Assembly: GCA_044359815.1 (NCBI GenBank)
Contig: JBIKLL010000070.1
Location: 1 to 14,403 of the forward strand
DNA length: 14,403 nt
Reading direction: 5' to 3'
Origin: Pseudobdellovibrionaceae bacterium
Lineage (GTDB): Bacteria > Bdellovibrionota > Bdellovibrionia > Bdellovibrionales > Bdellovibrionaceae
Under the pieces are notes generated by a model, which saw only the letters and a list, made by a program, of their open reading frames with translations, was not told the origin of the DNA and did no database searches. The position numbers and the translations under genes were made by a program. Within the stretch, counting starts at the first letter, position 1. Each line of letters opens with the position of its first letter. This document shows, one piece after another, positions 1 to 7,758 of the stretch.

Positions 1-1113
1 TGAAACCTTGGTGACTTTGGTCGTAGGCAGTGGGGATTCTTTTGCAGTTGCAGCTTCCGAATCAGAAATAAATCCCAATGAAAGCATCCGATCAATCACT
101 AAATTTCTGCGTTTGATTGAGTTTTCAGGTTTTCTGAACGGATCATACAGACCTGGGCTGTTTAGGATCGCAGCCAGCAAAGAGCATTCATGAACATCCA
201 GGGATTCAATGTCCTTCTGAAAATAAAATTGCGAAGCTGCCGGAAAGCCACGTACCTGAAAGGTCCCGGATTGCCCCAGATAAATAATATTTAAGTAAGT
301 TTCCAGAATCAGATCTTTGGTGGCAATGGTTTCCAAAACTATGGCCAGAAAAAATTCTTTGGCTTTTCGTCGTATGGTTTTTTCAGGTGACAGAAAATAG
401 TTTTTTACCAACTGCTGGGTGATGGTGCTGCCGCCTTGCTTGATGCCGCTGCCAAAGGTGTTTTGATAAATAGCTCGCAAAATTGATGTTACAGAAAACC
501 CGCCGTGTTTTAAGAAATTTGAATCTTCGATGGCCAATACGGCATTTAGACAAGCTGGTGGCATTTCGCCTAAGGTTTTAAAAGACTGCATGATCGGTTG
601 CTCGCCGATGGTTTGGGCAAACAAAACAGGATCAATCATTACTGATTCCAGTTCTGAGTCAGTGTTTTTATCAAACAAAGATTCGATCAAATTGTCTTTT
701 TCGTAAATGACAATGGGTCCCTGCGGTGTTGTTTGAATCAATTCAGATAATTTTTCTGATGGCCTAAACACCAAGCATTTACCCGTCCAGTCAGCTGACC
801 AATTAGGTAAGACTGAGCAGGCTTCGGCCGAAGGGCCCTGAAAATCTGATTTCAGCAACTGTTGATCACCACTGCGTTCACGGTATCCACGATTGAGCAG
901 CTCGGAGCGCCAGTGGTTAAGGCCCTTTTGGCTGTTTTTACGGATTTTTAATGGTGCAGTATAGTATTGGGTGGGTTTTAAAAAGGATTTTTCGGCCAGT
1001 TGTACTGTGGTTTCAGCTCGCAATTGAAACATCCAGATTATGAGGCCCAAAAGAGCTATCAATATCAATGCAACGCTGCTTATCAAAATGCTTTTCAAGG
1101 AAATCTTATTCAT
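1..1113 (-). CDS. mrcB: Class A penicillin-binding protein (bifunctional transglycosylase/transpeptidase, PBP1B-like), 5' portion; continues beyond the left edge
   Basis: Manual minus-strand translation from ATG at 1113 gives MNKISLKSILISSVALILIALLGLIIWMFQLRAET (TM anchor), then GT51 motifs AVLAIEDSNFLKHGG, QGGSTITQQLVKNY, RKAKE and ILETYLNIIYLGQ. The long segment between the anchor and the GT domain favours PBP1B over PBP1A (inference). Confidence 0.88.
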   Translation of the reverse strand, partial: MNKISLKSILISSVALILIALLGLIIWMFQLRAETTVQLAEKSFLKPTQYYTAPLKIRKNSQKGLNHWRSELLNRGYRERSGDQQLLKSDFQGPSAEACSVLPNWSADWTGKCLVFRPSEKLSELIQTTPQGPIVIYEKDNLIESLFDKNTDSELESVMIDPVLFAQTIGEQPIMQSFKTLGEMPPACLNAVLAIEDSNFLKHGGFSVTSILRAIYQNTFGSGIKQGGSTITQQLVKNYFLSPEKTIRRKAKEFFLAIVLETIATKDLILETYLNIIYLGQSGTFQVRGFPAASQFYFQKDIESLDVHECSLLAAILNSPGLYDPFRKPENSIKRRNLVIDRMLSLGFISDSEAATAKESPLPTTKVTKVS

Positions 1114-1121
1114 GTGCTCAC

Positions 1122-1150
1122 TTGACTTTATGTGGGCATCCTCGAATAGT
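1122..1150 (+). promoter_or_regulatory. Putative sigma70 promoter for the DUF507 pair
   Basis: TTGACT (1122-1127), 17 nt, AATAGT (1145-1150), ending 7 nt before ATG 1158, inside a 44-bp divergent intergenic gap. Confidence 0.45.
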
Positions 1151-1157
1151 CAATTTT

Positions 1158-1436
1158 ATGAAATTGACACCCTTACAAATGCAAAGATTGGTCGAGCGTG
1201 TTTTTACCGCTTGGAAAAAGCAAAATATCATTCAGTTTAAAGAAGACGAAAAAAAAGTTTTTGAACGAGCACTGAAAGCTGTCAAAGACGACTATCAGCG
1301 CGAAGTTGATCTGGAGAAAGATGTTAATCTGATGCTGGAGGATCTGGAGCGCAAAAACCCAGGGCAATTTCAGCGTGGCAAGATGTTTCAGATGCTAAAA
1401 CAAAAAATGGCCAGCGAGCGAAAGATTATTTTATGA
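1158..1436 (+). CDS. DUF507-like small helical protein
   Basis: MKLTPLQMQRLVERVF...EVDLEKDVNLMLE...KMFQMLKQKMASERKIIL resembles DUF507 (C-terminal F..lK.klA.er..il). Start placed at 1158 because the track's 1068 start overlaps the PBP gene. Confidence 0.75.
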   Translation: MKLTPLQMQRLVERVFTAWKKQNIIQFKEDEKKVFERALKAVKDDYQREVDLEKDVNLMLEDLERKNPGQFQRGKMFQMLKQKMASERKIIL

Positions 1437-1705
1437 TTATCAGCGAAGACCGGCAAAATTATTTAGCCCACAAAATCACAGACAGCATATGGGAAGATGA
1501 TTTAGTGGATTATACTGACGATGATATTGCATTAAGGGCAGCCAAGAGAGCCATTGCGGAATTTGTTGCAGAAAACGAAGAAATTGATAAAAGAGCTCGT
1601 GAGAAAGTGAATTCATTGAAACGTAATGTGATGGAAGGCAGCCCAGAGTGGGATGTCATGTACAAAAAATATTACGAAGAAGAAGCCAATAAGAAAGGGA
1701 AATAA
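1433..1705 (+). CDS. DUF507-like small protein
   Basis: MIISEDRQNYLAHKI...IDKRAREKVNSLKRNVMEGSPEWDVMYKKYYEEE resembles DUF507 (EGS.EWD..Y.KYYEEE). Start overlaps the upstream stop. Confidence 0.8.
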   Translation: MIISEDRQNYLAHKITDSIWEDDLVDYTDDDIALRAAKRAIAEFVAENEEIDKRAREKVNSLKRNVMEGSPEWDVMYKKYYEEEANKKGK

Positions 1706-1712
1706 TTTTTCT

Positions 1713-2216
1713 ATGGCAAAGGCAAAAAAATCTAAGGTCAGTAAAACTAAAGTCAGCAAAACTAAGGTCAACAAAACTAAAGTCAGCAAAACTAAGGTTA
1801 CAAAATCAAAAGGGAGCAAAGCCCAAGTTTCAAAAACAAAGGTGAGCGCAGTTAAAGCCGTTAAAAAAGTTAATGCTGCTCCAAAGCAAAAAAAACCAAT
1901 CAACGCTAAAGCTGCAGTTGTTTCCAATAATCTGACGCCGCTTGAGGATCGAATCATCGTCAAAGTTTCTAATGCTGAAAAAGTAACGGCAGGCGGGATT
2001 ATTATCCCTGAGACTGCGCAGGTTTCGGGCAATTTGCGTGGAGTTGTTGTCGCTGTGGGCAAGGGAAAGCGTAATAAAAAAGGTGTGGTCAGGCCACTAG
2101 ATGTCAAAAAAGGCGACGAAGTTTTGTTTTCAGAATTTGTGGGAACTAAAACTGATTTGGGTGGCCAAGAAGTTTGCATTTTACGCGAATCCGAAATTTT
2201 GGGCCGAGTTGAGTAG
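1713..2216 (+). CDS. groES: Co-chaperonin GroES with a ~70-aa Lys-rich N-terminal extension; no groEL in the window
   Basis: C-terminal part LTPLEDRIIVK...TAGGIIIPETAQ...GVVVAVGKG...PLDVKKGDEVLFSEFVGT...ILRESEILG is canonical Cpn10. ATG 1713 follows an AAGGGA SD-like site, 7 nt after the upstream stop. Confidence 0.93.
   Translation: MAKAKKSKVSKTKVSKTKVNKTKVSKTKVTKSKGSKAQVSKTKVSAVKAVKKVNAAPKQKKPINAKAAVVSNNLTPLEDRIIVKVSNAEKVTAGGIIIPETAQVSGNLRGVVVAVGKGKRNKKGVVRPLDVKKGDEVLFSEFVGTKTDLGGQEVCILRESEILGRVE
1728..1847 (+). repeat. Eight degenerate 15-bp coding tandem repeats (KSKVS, KTKVS, KTKVN, KTKVS, KTKVT, KSKGS, KAQVS, KTKVS)
   Basis: aaatctaaggtcagt|aaaactaaagtcagc|aaaactaaggtcaac|aaaactaaagtcagc|aaaactaaggttaca|aaatcaaaagggagc|aaagcccaagtttca|aaaacaaaggtgagc. 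Confidence 0.9.
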
Positions 2217-2272
2217 CGCAACCAGATACAGCTTGTCTGAATATTAATATTGAGTTCTAATCTTTTTTCATT

Positions 2273-3694
2273 ATGAGAACTTTATTATGTTTAATTTTAT
2301 TAGGATCCAATCAGGCGTTTGCGACTTCGGTTGATTGGAGTGGGGTTTACAGATTTGAATTTACAGAAGTTCACAATACTTCTTTGGATTCGGCTGTAGG
2401 CCGTTCAAAGTCATACATTCTGAATCATTTAGGATTGATTCCTAAAATCATAGTTTCAGACGGCATCAACGTCGTTTCGAAGTTTGAGGTTTTGCCGAAT
2501 CAGACTTATAAAAATTCTCAGTTGGGTCAGCCCTTAGGTGCTGGGCTAAACAGAAATATCAATCCAAGCAACGCTCCAGATACAAACACTCTTTCGACTC
2601 AACAGCGCACTTATGCCCTGGAAGTCAGTCAATTGTACGTTTCAGTTAATCAAGAATACGGCAGTTTTTTGGCGGGAAGAGCTCCTTTGGATTTCGGTTT
2701 AGGAATCACTTACAGTAATGGTGCAGGTCCATTTGATCATTGGCAGGACACCCTGGATTTAGTGGGTTTTAAATTTGAAATTGGAAATATGTTTATAATG
2801 CCAATCATCGGTAAACAATATGATCCCAGTATTTCCAGAGGATCTGATGTGAACGATATGATTTGGCATCTGGAATACGACAATCCTGAAACCGAAAGCT
2901 CAATCGGAGTTTTTCACAGAACCAGATCGGCAAAATTTATTACTGGCGATCCATTAAATGACGTCAACGCAGTTAATTTGGCTGGAACGGGTGCTACCAA
3001 GACTCAGGATTGGAACACTCAGCATGTGAATATCTTTTTTGCCAGAGGCTTTGAATCGGTAAAATTTAAATTTGAAGCTGGATTTGATTCGGGAAACACA
3101 GGCGTTAAAACCGCCAGCCTGGAAGAAGTTAAATTGTCTGGATACGGGGTGGCCGGTGAAATTGAATTTCCTTACGGCACCAGCAATTGGAATCAGAATT
3201 TTAAATTTGGTATAGTCAGCGGTGATGATCCAACCACATCAAATTATGAAGGCTACTGGTTTGACAGAAATTACGATTTAGCATTTATCATGTTTAATCA
3301 CCCAGTGGGTCAGGCAGATATTTTTAGAACAAATCTGCAGCGAAACACAGATACCAGTGGGAACATTTACCGAACTGATGAAAGCGTTGATGAAGAAGCG
3401 ATTTCTAATGTTGTGTATTTTGCACCCAGATTTGATTATAAAATGAATGATAAATGGTATTGGACCAACACAATTGCTTGGGCTCAATTGGTTTCAAAAC
3501 CAGTGGCCAATGCTGACGTGGCAATGGATGTGGGTTTCGAATATGATTTGGGATTTACCTATAAGCCCACAAACAGGGTGACTTGGGTCAACCAAGTAGG
3601 ATTGTTTTTTCCAGGCCAAGCATGGAAGGCTGGAGCTGGTTATAATAACAGCATGATTTATGGAGTTGTTTCTAAAGCCGCCATCAGCTTTTGA
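2273..3694 (+). CDS. Predicted outer-membrane beta-barrel protein (alginate-export/porin-like)
   Basis: Signal peptide ending QAFA; alternating aromatic/hydrophobic strands; C-terminal Phe (AAISF); segments G.VSGDDP.T...EGY.FDRNY and DVGFEYDLGFTYK recall alginate-export-type barrels. Family assignment is inference. Confidence 0.75.
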   Translation: MRTLLCLILLGSNQAFATSVDWSGVYRFEFTEVHNTSLDSAVGRSKSYILNHLGLIPKIIVSDGINVVSKFEVLPNQTYKNSQLGQPLGAGLNRNINPSNAPDTNTLSTQQRTYALEVSQLYVSVNQEYGSFLAGRAPLDFGLGITYSNGAGPFDHWQDTLDLVGFKFEIGNMFIMPIIGKQYDPSISRGSDVNDMIWHLEYDNPETESSIGVFHRTRSAKFITGDPLNDVNAVNLAGTGATKTQDWNTQHVNIFFARGFESVKFKFEAGFDSGNTGVKTASLEEVKLSGYGVAGEIEFPYGTSNWNQNFKFGIVSGDDPTTSNYEGYWFDRNYDLAFIMFNHPVGQADIFRTNLQRNTDTSGNIYRTDESVDEEAISNVVYFAPRFDYKMNDKWYWTNTIAWAQLVSKPVANADVAMDVGFEYDLGFTYKPTNRVTWVNQVGLFFPGQAWKAGAGYNNSMIYGVVSKAAISF

Positions 3695-3772
3695 TATTTC
3701 AATTAAATAAGCATTTTTTTACGGCATCTTTGAGTCGCATCTGAGATCACATCACAGAGGTGGTGGGGGCGG

Positions 3773-3796
3773 CCCAGGGGCCTTCGGGCCTCTGGG
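3773..3796 (+). other. GC-rich hairpin with a cUUCGg tetraloop (terminator, stabiliser or part of a small RNA)
   Basis: CCCAGGGGCC-TTCG-GGCCTCTGGG: 10-bp stem with one G-U pair; no clear U-tract follows. Confidence 0.6.
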
Positions 3797-3873
3797 AGTT
3801 ATTGCAGACAGTAAGAGTTATTGAATCAAATTGATTCACATTAAAAATGAGACAGTCATCCTGAAAAAATCGC

Positions 3874-3900
3874 TCAAGATTTTTACAGGACTTCCGATCA
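3874..3900 (+). promoter_or_regulatory. Putative sigma28 (FliA) promoter
   Basis: TCAAGATT-N11-TCCGATCA versus consensus TAAAGTTT-N11-GCCGATAA, ending 7 nt before ATG 3908. Confidence 0.55.
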
Positions 3901-3907
3901 GTTACAT

Positions 3908-5821
3908 ATGATGCCAGTACGTAAGCGCAGTTTAAACCAATCAGGTTCCGTGTTGATTCTGACAATGGTGATTGCAGGATTGATGTCGTTTATTGTTTTC
4001 TCGATGCTGAATGTGCGCAATCATCATCTTAAACAAATGAGCTCGATCAAACAAAAGCTGGCAGCACATTTGATTATGGAAGCCGTCGGTCAGCGCATGA
4101 AATCAGCTTACGATATGTATCTGCCCTATGAAGAAGGCACAACTCCACCGGCTGATGCCTGCTACGGTGGTGAATGGCAAAATATCACCTTTTTTAAAAG
4201 TGACGTTACAGCCGCACAAGAATCAGCGTATTTTTGCTTTCCAAAAAACGGCGAAATCTGCGTGCAAAATCCCTTCAATAAAAATGATACTGAAGCTTGT
4301 TTTAGCTTACAGAATTTTCAAAATAGCGGTGTGGCCCAGGTTGATGGTTTCAAAAATCAAATCGCTCAGAATCCACAATTAAATATTTTAAAACCAAATA
4401 TCGATGTGGCAAAAACTTGGAACATCAGTGCTGATCAATTGCAAAAATGGCAAACTGCAAGGCTTCCGGTAATTTTGCAAATCGGTGGGGGAGCTTTTGC
4501 CAATGCGGGTTCCTCGGACGGCGATTCAATAATTGGGCTACATTTAAACCGAGCTGATTCTTTGCAGCCAACCAGTACCGTACTGCTGCCAAAAAATGCC
4601 GAAAGTGGAGCTAGCACAGTTATTGAGTCAGCTCAACCCATTATGCAAAATCAGAATCTAGTAAATGACCAACCAACAAGTTCATTTGTAGGTGCGACGG
4701 GGGCTGGGTCATCCGATCAAGATCGGCCAGTCAGAAATCTAACTGTTAAAACAATTGAATCAGAGCGCAGAAAAAGAACAGAAGTGCCTCAGTCTTGGCT
4801 GGCCGCACCCAGCAATGCTCCCTCTGTCCCAAACACAGCAGAAGTTTCCAAAGAAAACATCGATATGACATGCACTGGGATGAACAAATGTGTGAAATTC
4901 ACTGCCTGTCTGTCGAAAAATTGCGACAGCAGCAAACAGGTATCGCAGTTGTTTGCATTTAAATCACCTAAAGCAAAAACAGTATTTCCCATTGCCAAAA
5001 ATAACGTAACCAAACCGCCGGTCAATCCAACAGATGAATTATGTTGGTCGGCTCCTGAGACTGATCAGTTGGGTGTGCAATGCACGTTAACAGGATCTTG
5101 CACTACCGAGGGTGCTGATGGTGGTGAATGCATTGCCGGAGAGGCCGAAAATGATGGGATGAACAGATTAATAGACAAAGATTTACATCCAAATAGACCT
5201 ATGTTTGAAGGGCGGACTAAACCGAACTTTAGGAGCCGAGTTTCCATAGGCAAAGCCCAGTGTGTTCGAAAGCCTGCGGGATCTTGCAGCTCGGGTTCCT
5301 ATGTTAATCTGCCACCCAAGTGTTATACTGAATTTAAGCTTCCGGAATCTGTTAAGTGCCGTAAAACATATGCCGAAACCGGTCTAATGCCTGACAAATG
5401 TGAAATTAACTTTAATCTGTCTGAATTAAATGGATTTGCTGAGGCTGCCAAAACCTCTGAACTTTTTGATGTTTCTTACCGAAGTGGTGATTTAAATCAA
5501 ATGTGGGGACACAGATGCAAGCCAGTGAGGGACTATGTGAAAGATTTAAAAAACGGAGAATGGTATGGAGCGACTTTAATGAAAGGCACTGGCCGAACTT
5601 TTGATGAGAAGATTGCAAAAGCTTCTGATAGTGCGGTAGTGATTCAGGACGGAGCTCTTACTATAAGAGATCATTTTAGGACAAGTTATGGAAACAGTGT
5701 TTATCCATGTATCAGCGATATTACGGTAGTTGCAAAAAACACCAGTGATCCAACTTGTAAATTTGAAACTATAGATCCAGGTAAACCTGAACCTGATACT
5801 GGCTATAAACCGCTGGACTAA
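3908..5821 (+). CDS. Cys-rich exported protein with a PilX/prepilin-like N-terminus
   Basis: 637-aa ORF. Basic leader RKRSLNQSG followed by hydrophobic SVLILTMVIAGLMSFIVFSML. About 20 Cys by manual count, in N-terminal and C-terminal clusters separated by a Ser/Pro/Gln-rich linker. Confidence 0.7.
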   Translation: MMPVRKRSLNQSGSVLILTMVIAGLMSFIVFSMLNVRNHHLKQMSSIKQKLAAHLIMEAVGQRMKSAYDMYLPYEEGTTPPADACYGGEWQNITFFKSDVTAAQESAYFCFPKNGEICVQNPFNKNDTEACFSLQNFQNSGVAQVDGFKNQIAQNPQLNILKPNIDVAKTWNISADQLQKWQTARLPVILQIGGGAFANAGSSDGDSIIGLHLNRADSLQPTSTVLLPKNAESGASTVIESAQPIMQNQNLVNDQPTSSFVGATGAGSSDQDRPVRNLTVKTIESERRKRTEVPQSWLAAPSNAPSVPNTAEVSKENIDMTCTGMNKCVKFTACLSKNCDSSKQVSQLFAFKSPKAKTVFPIAKNNVTKPPVNPTDELCWSAPETDQLGVQCTLTGSCTTEGADGGECIAGEAENDGMNRLIDKDLHPNRPMFEGRTKPNFRSRVSIGKAQCVRKPAGSCSSGSYVNLPPKCYTEFKLPESVKCRKTYAETGLMPDKCEINFNLSELNGFAEAAKTSELFDVSYRSGDLNQMWGHRCKPVRDYVKDLKNGEWYGATLMKGTGRTFDEKIAKASDSAVVIQDGALTIRDHFRTSYGNSVYPCISDITVVAKNTSDPTCKFETIDPGKPEPDTGYKPLD

Positions 5822-5902
5822 ATTTTCCAGACACTGATTTAATGTTTTAAATTTTCTAGGTAATTGCTAAAAATTTAAATCCGAATAAATCACCAAAAGC
5901 AA

Positions 5903-5941
5903 AAATCCATTTTTTCAAGGGGGTTTTGAAAAAATGGATTT
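5903..5941. terminator. Probable bidirectional terminator hairpin between convergent genes
   Basis: AAATCCATTTTTTCAA / TTGAAAAAATGGATTT: perfect 16-bp inverted repeat with a 7-nt loop, between stops at 5821 and 5966. Confidence 0.75.
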
Positions 5942-5965
5942 CTTAAAACTAAAATTATTTAAAAC

Positions 5966-7477
5966 TTACTGAGCCGGTGATTTTGGGAAATCAGATGGTG
6001 CGCCGGTCGCTGTGTATGGAGTGTTGCCAGTTTGTTGGTAAGGCACTCCGTTGTTGTAAAAATCAGTGCGGCCAAAATTACCAGAATTCATTGAAGTTCG
6101 GGCTCCCAATTGATTATCAAACTGGTTAAAGCTTCCGTTACCATTGTAAGGTCTAAAATTAGCACCTTGAATTCTGCTGGAAATGTTGCTTCCGCGGCTA
6201 AACTGAGCCCGCTTTGCAGTCACTCGGCCATTGGCATCGCTTTCCAAAATGATTACGTCGCTGCCTTCATCGCCCAAGCCTGGGATCACAGAATCTTCTT
6301 TACCCAAGTTTGCAATCGTCACTTCTTTGAACAGTGTTTTTAATGGTCTGTTAAAAGTGCTGTTGTAAAGGCTTGTGTACTGAGCGCGTAATGATCTTTC
6401 GGTCAAAGATTCAGTGTAGCTTGAATTCATATCATTAAAATAAGTAGCATCCTGTTGAGCATCAAAAAACATATCTGCACCCAGATTGAAATGCAGCAGA
6501 TTGTTGTTTTTCATACCACTGATTCGCAAAGTTTTTGCCTCACGAACTCGTTTGTCAATGGCTCGCTTTTCCAGCAGCGCAAGCTCTTTACGAACTTTCT
6601 GTCCATTGATTGGCTTTAAGCTTTCAGTCAGGTCCTCAAGCAATTGCTTGGCTTCCCTGGCTTGTTCTTCGATATCAGCAATCATTTCGGCTGCGTCTGA
6701 CATATTGTCAGAATCTCTCAGGGCTTCAATCATGCCAGCTGTTAAAATTTCTTTCAGATCCGCGCTGACGTATTCGTTGTAGTATTCCAAAACCTTTTCA
6801 GAGCGATCAGCTTTATCTGGTAACGCTTTTGACAGAGCGATCAAATTGTTTTTGTGACAAGTTAATTTGTCAGATGAATTTTCGCACACTTTGATTTTTT
6901 CAGCGATTGCTTTGGGGTAGCCCTTAGCATCTGGCTTAGCTTCTGAATCCGTAGAGCCTTCAGTGGTTTCACTGGCAGCTATAGCTTTCTCAGTAGCAGC
7001 AAGGATTTGTTCGGCCAATGATTTAGTTCCATCGATTTCCAGGATTCTGGTTCCGCAAACTTCTGTGCAAGTTCCATCAACAGCTTCCAATGAAATAATC
7101 ATGTGATCGTTTCTGGTAGCCAGCTTTCCTAAATCAGCCCAGGTATATCGGTACATTTTTTTGTCTTCACCAATCATAACAATAGCTGATCTGCCATCAG
7201 GAGCTGTCGATTTGATTTTTGGCAAGCAAGATTCGATCTGCTTGGCTTCATCAGCTCGCATTTCAGCATCGGTTAAAACGATTTTTCTGAATTCCGGTAA
7301 ATTGCAATCAACCTTTGGAAGCGTGCTGGACATCAACAGTTCATTCATTTTGTAGTTTCTGGTGATGTTGTTGAAATGCTGTGGGTTCATGCTCAGGTTA
7401 AAGCCCAAAGCAAAAGTTAAAAATCCAAATAGGGACCATTTGATCCTCATTATATTGTTTGGATTAATCTGTTTCAT
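5966..7477 (-). CDS. Hypothetical membrane-anchored or exported protein with a helical core and low-complexity N/G/Q/F-rich tail
   Basis: 503-aa ORF with GGAGG SD just upstream of the ATG; N-terminal hydrophobic segment WSLFGFLTFALGFNL; three Cys pairs; coiled-coil-like middle. Confidence 0.8.
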   Translation of the reverse strand: MKQINPNNIMRIKWSLFGFLTFALGFNLSMNPQHFNNITRNYKMNELLMSSTLPKVDCNLPEFRKIVLTDAEMRADEAKQIESCLPKIKSTAPDGRSAIVMIGEDKKMYRYTWADLGKLATRNDHMIISLEAVDGTCTEVCGTRILEIDGTKSLAEQILAATEKAIAASETTEGSTDSEAKPDAKGYPKAIAEKIKVCENSSDKLTCHKNNLIALSKALPDKADRSEKVLEYYNEYVSADLKEILTAGMIEALRDSDNMSDAAEMIADIEEQAREAKQLLEDLTESLKPINGQKVRKELALLEKRAIDKRVREAKTLRISGMKNNNLLHFNLGADMFFDAQQDATYFNDMNSSYTESLTERSLRAQYTSLYNSTFNRPLKTLFKEVTIANLGKEDSVIPGLGDEGSDVIILESDANGRVTAKRAQFSRGSNISSRIQGANFRPYNGNGSFNQFDNQLGARTSMNSGNFGRTDFYNNGVPYQQTGNTPYTATGAPSDFPKSPAQ

Positions 7478-7758
7478 AAAGCCTCCAATAGGTTTACATA
7501 AGGTCTACACAGATTGCTTTTACAATAAGAATACCAGTCTTGATTTGAGACACTGGCGCAGTTAAGTGCTGGAAAATACAAGACAAGAGCGCTGGTCAGG
7601 GTTTGAGTGTCAGGCCCTGCCTGGTTGGCCATTAAGCCCTGTGACAATAAAAGTATTTCGTCTGTGCAAATGTTCGACAGCCTTAAAAACGCAAAAACTT
7701 CAGCCAAAATCAAACACGGCCATGGACCTGGGGGAATTTTTTTGGTTAAAACACACTG

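Noticed and set aside
8..1240. Small + strand ORFs 8-193 and 1040-1240
   Set aside because: They overlap the well-supported minus-strand PBP gene or the DUF507-like gene.
1613..2221. 202-aa minus-strand ORF with LVLLT repeats
   Set aside because: Antisense shadow of groES; the repeats simply mirror the KTKVS codons.
3750..3800. Loose resemblance to a SAM-I or lysine riboswitch 5' end (ATCACAGAGG..GGCCC)
   Set aside because: The downstream conserved cores are missing and the adjacent genes are not metabolic.
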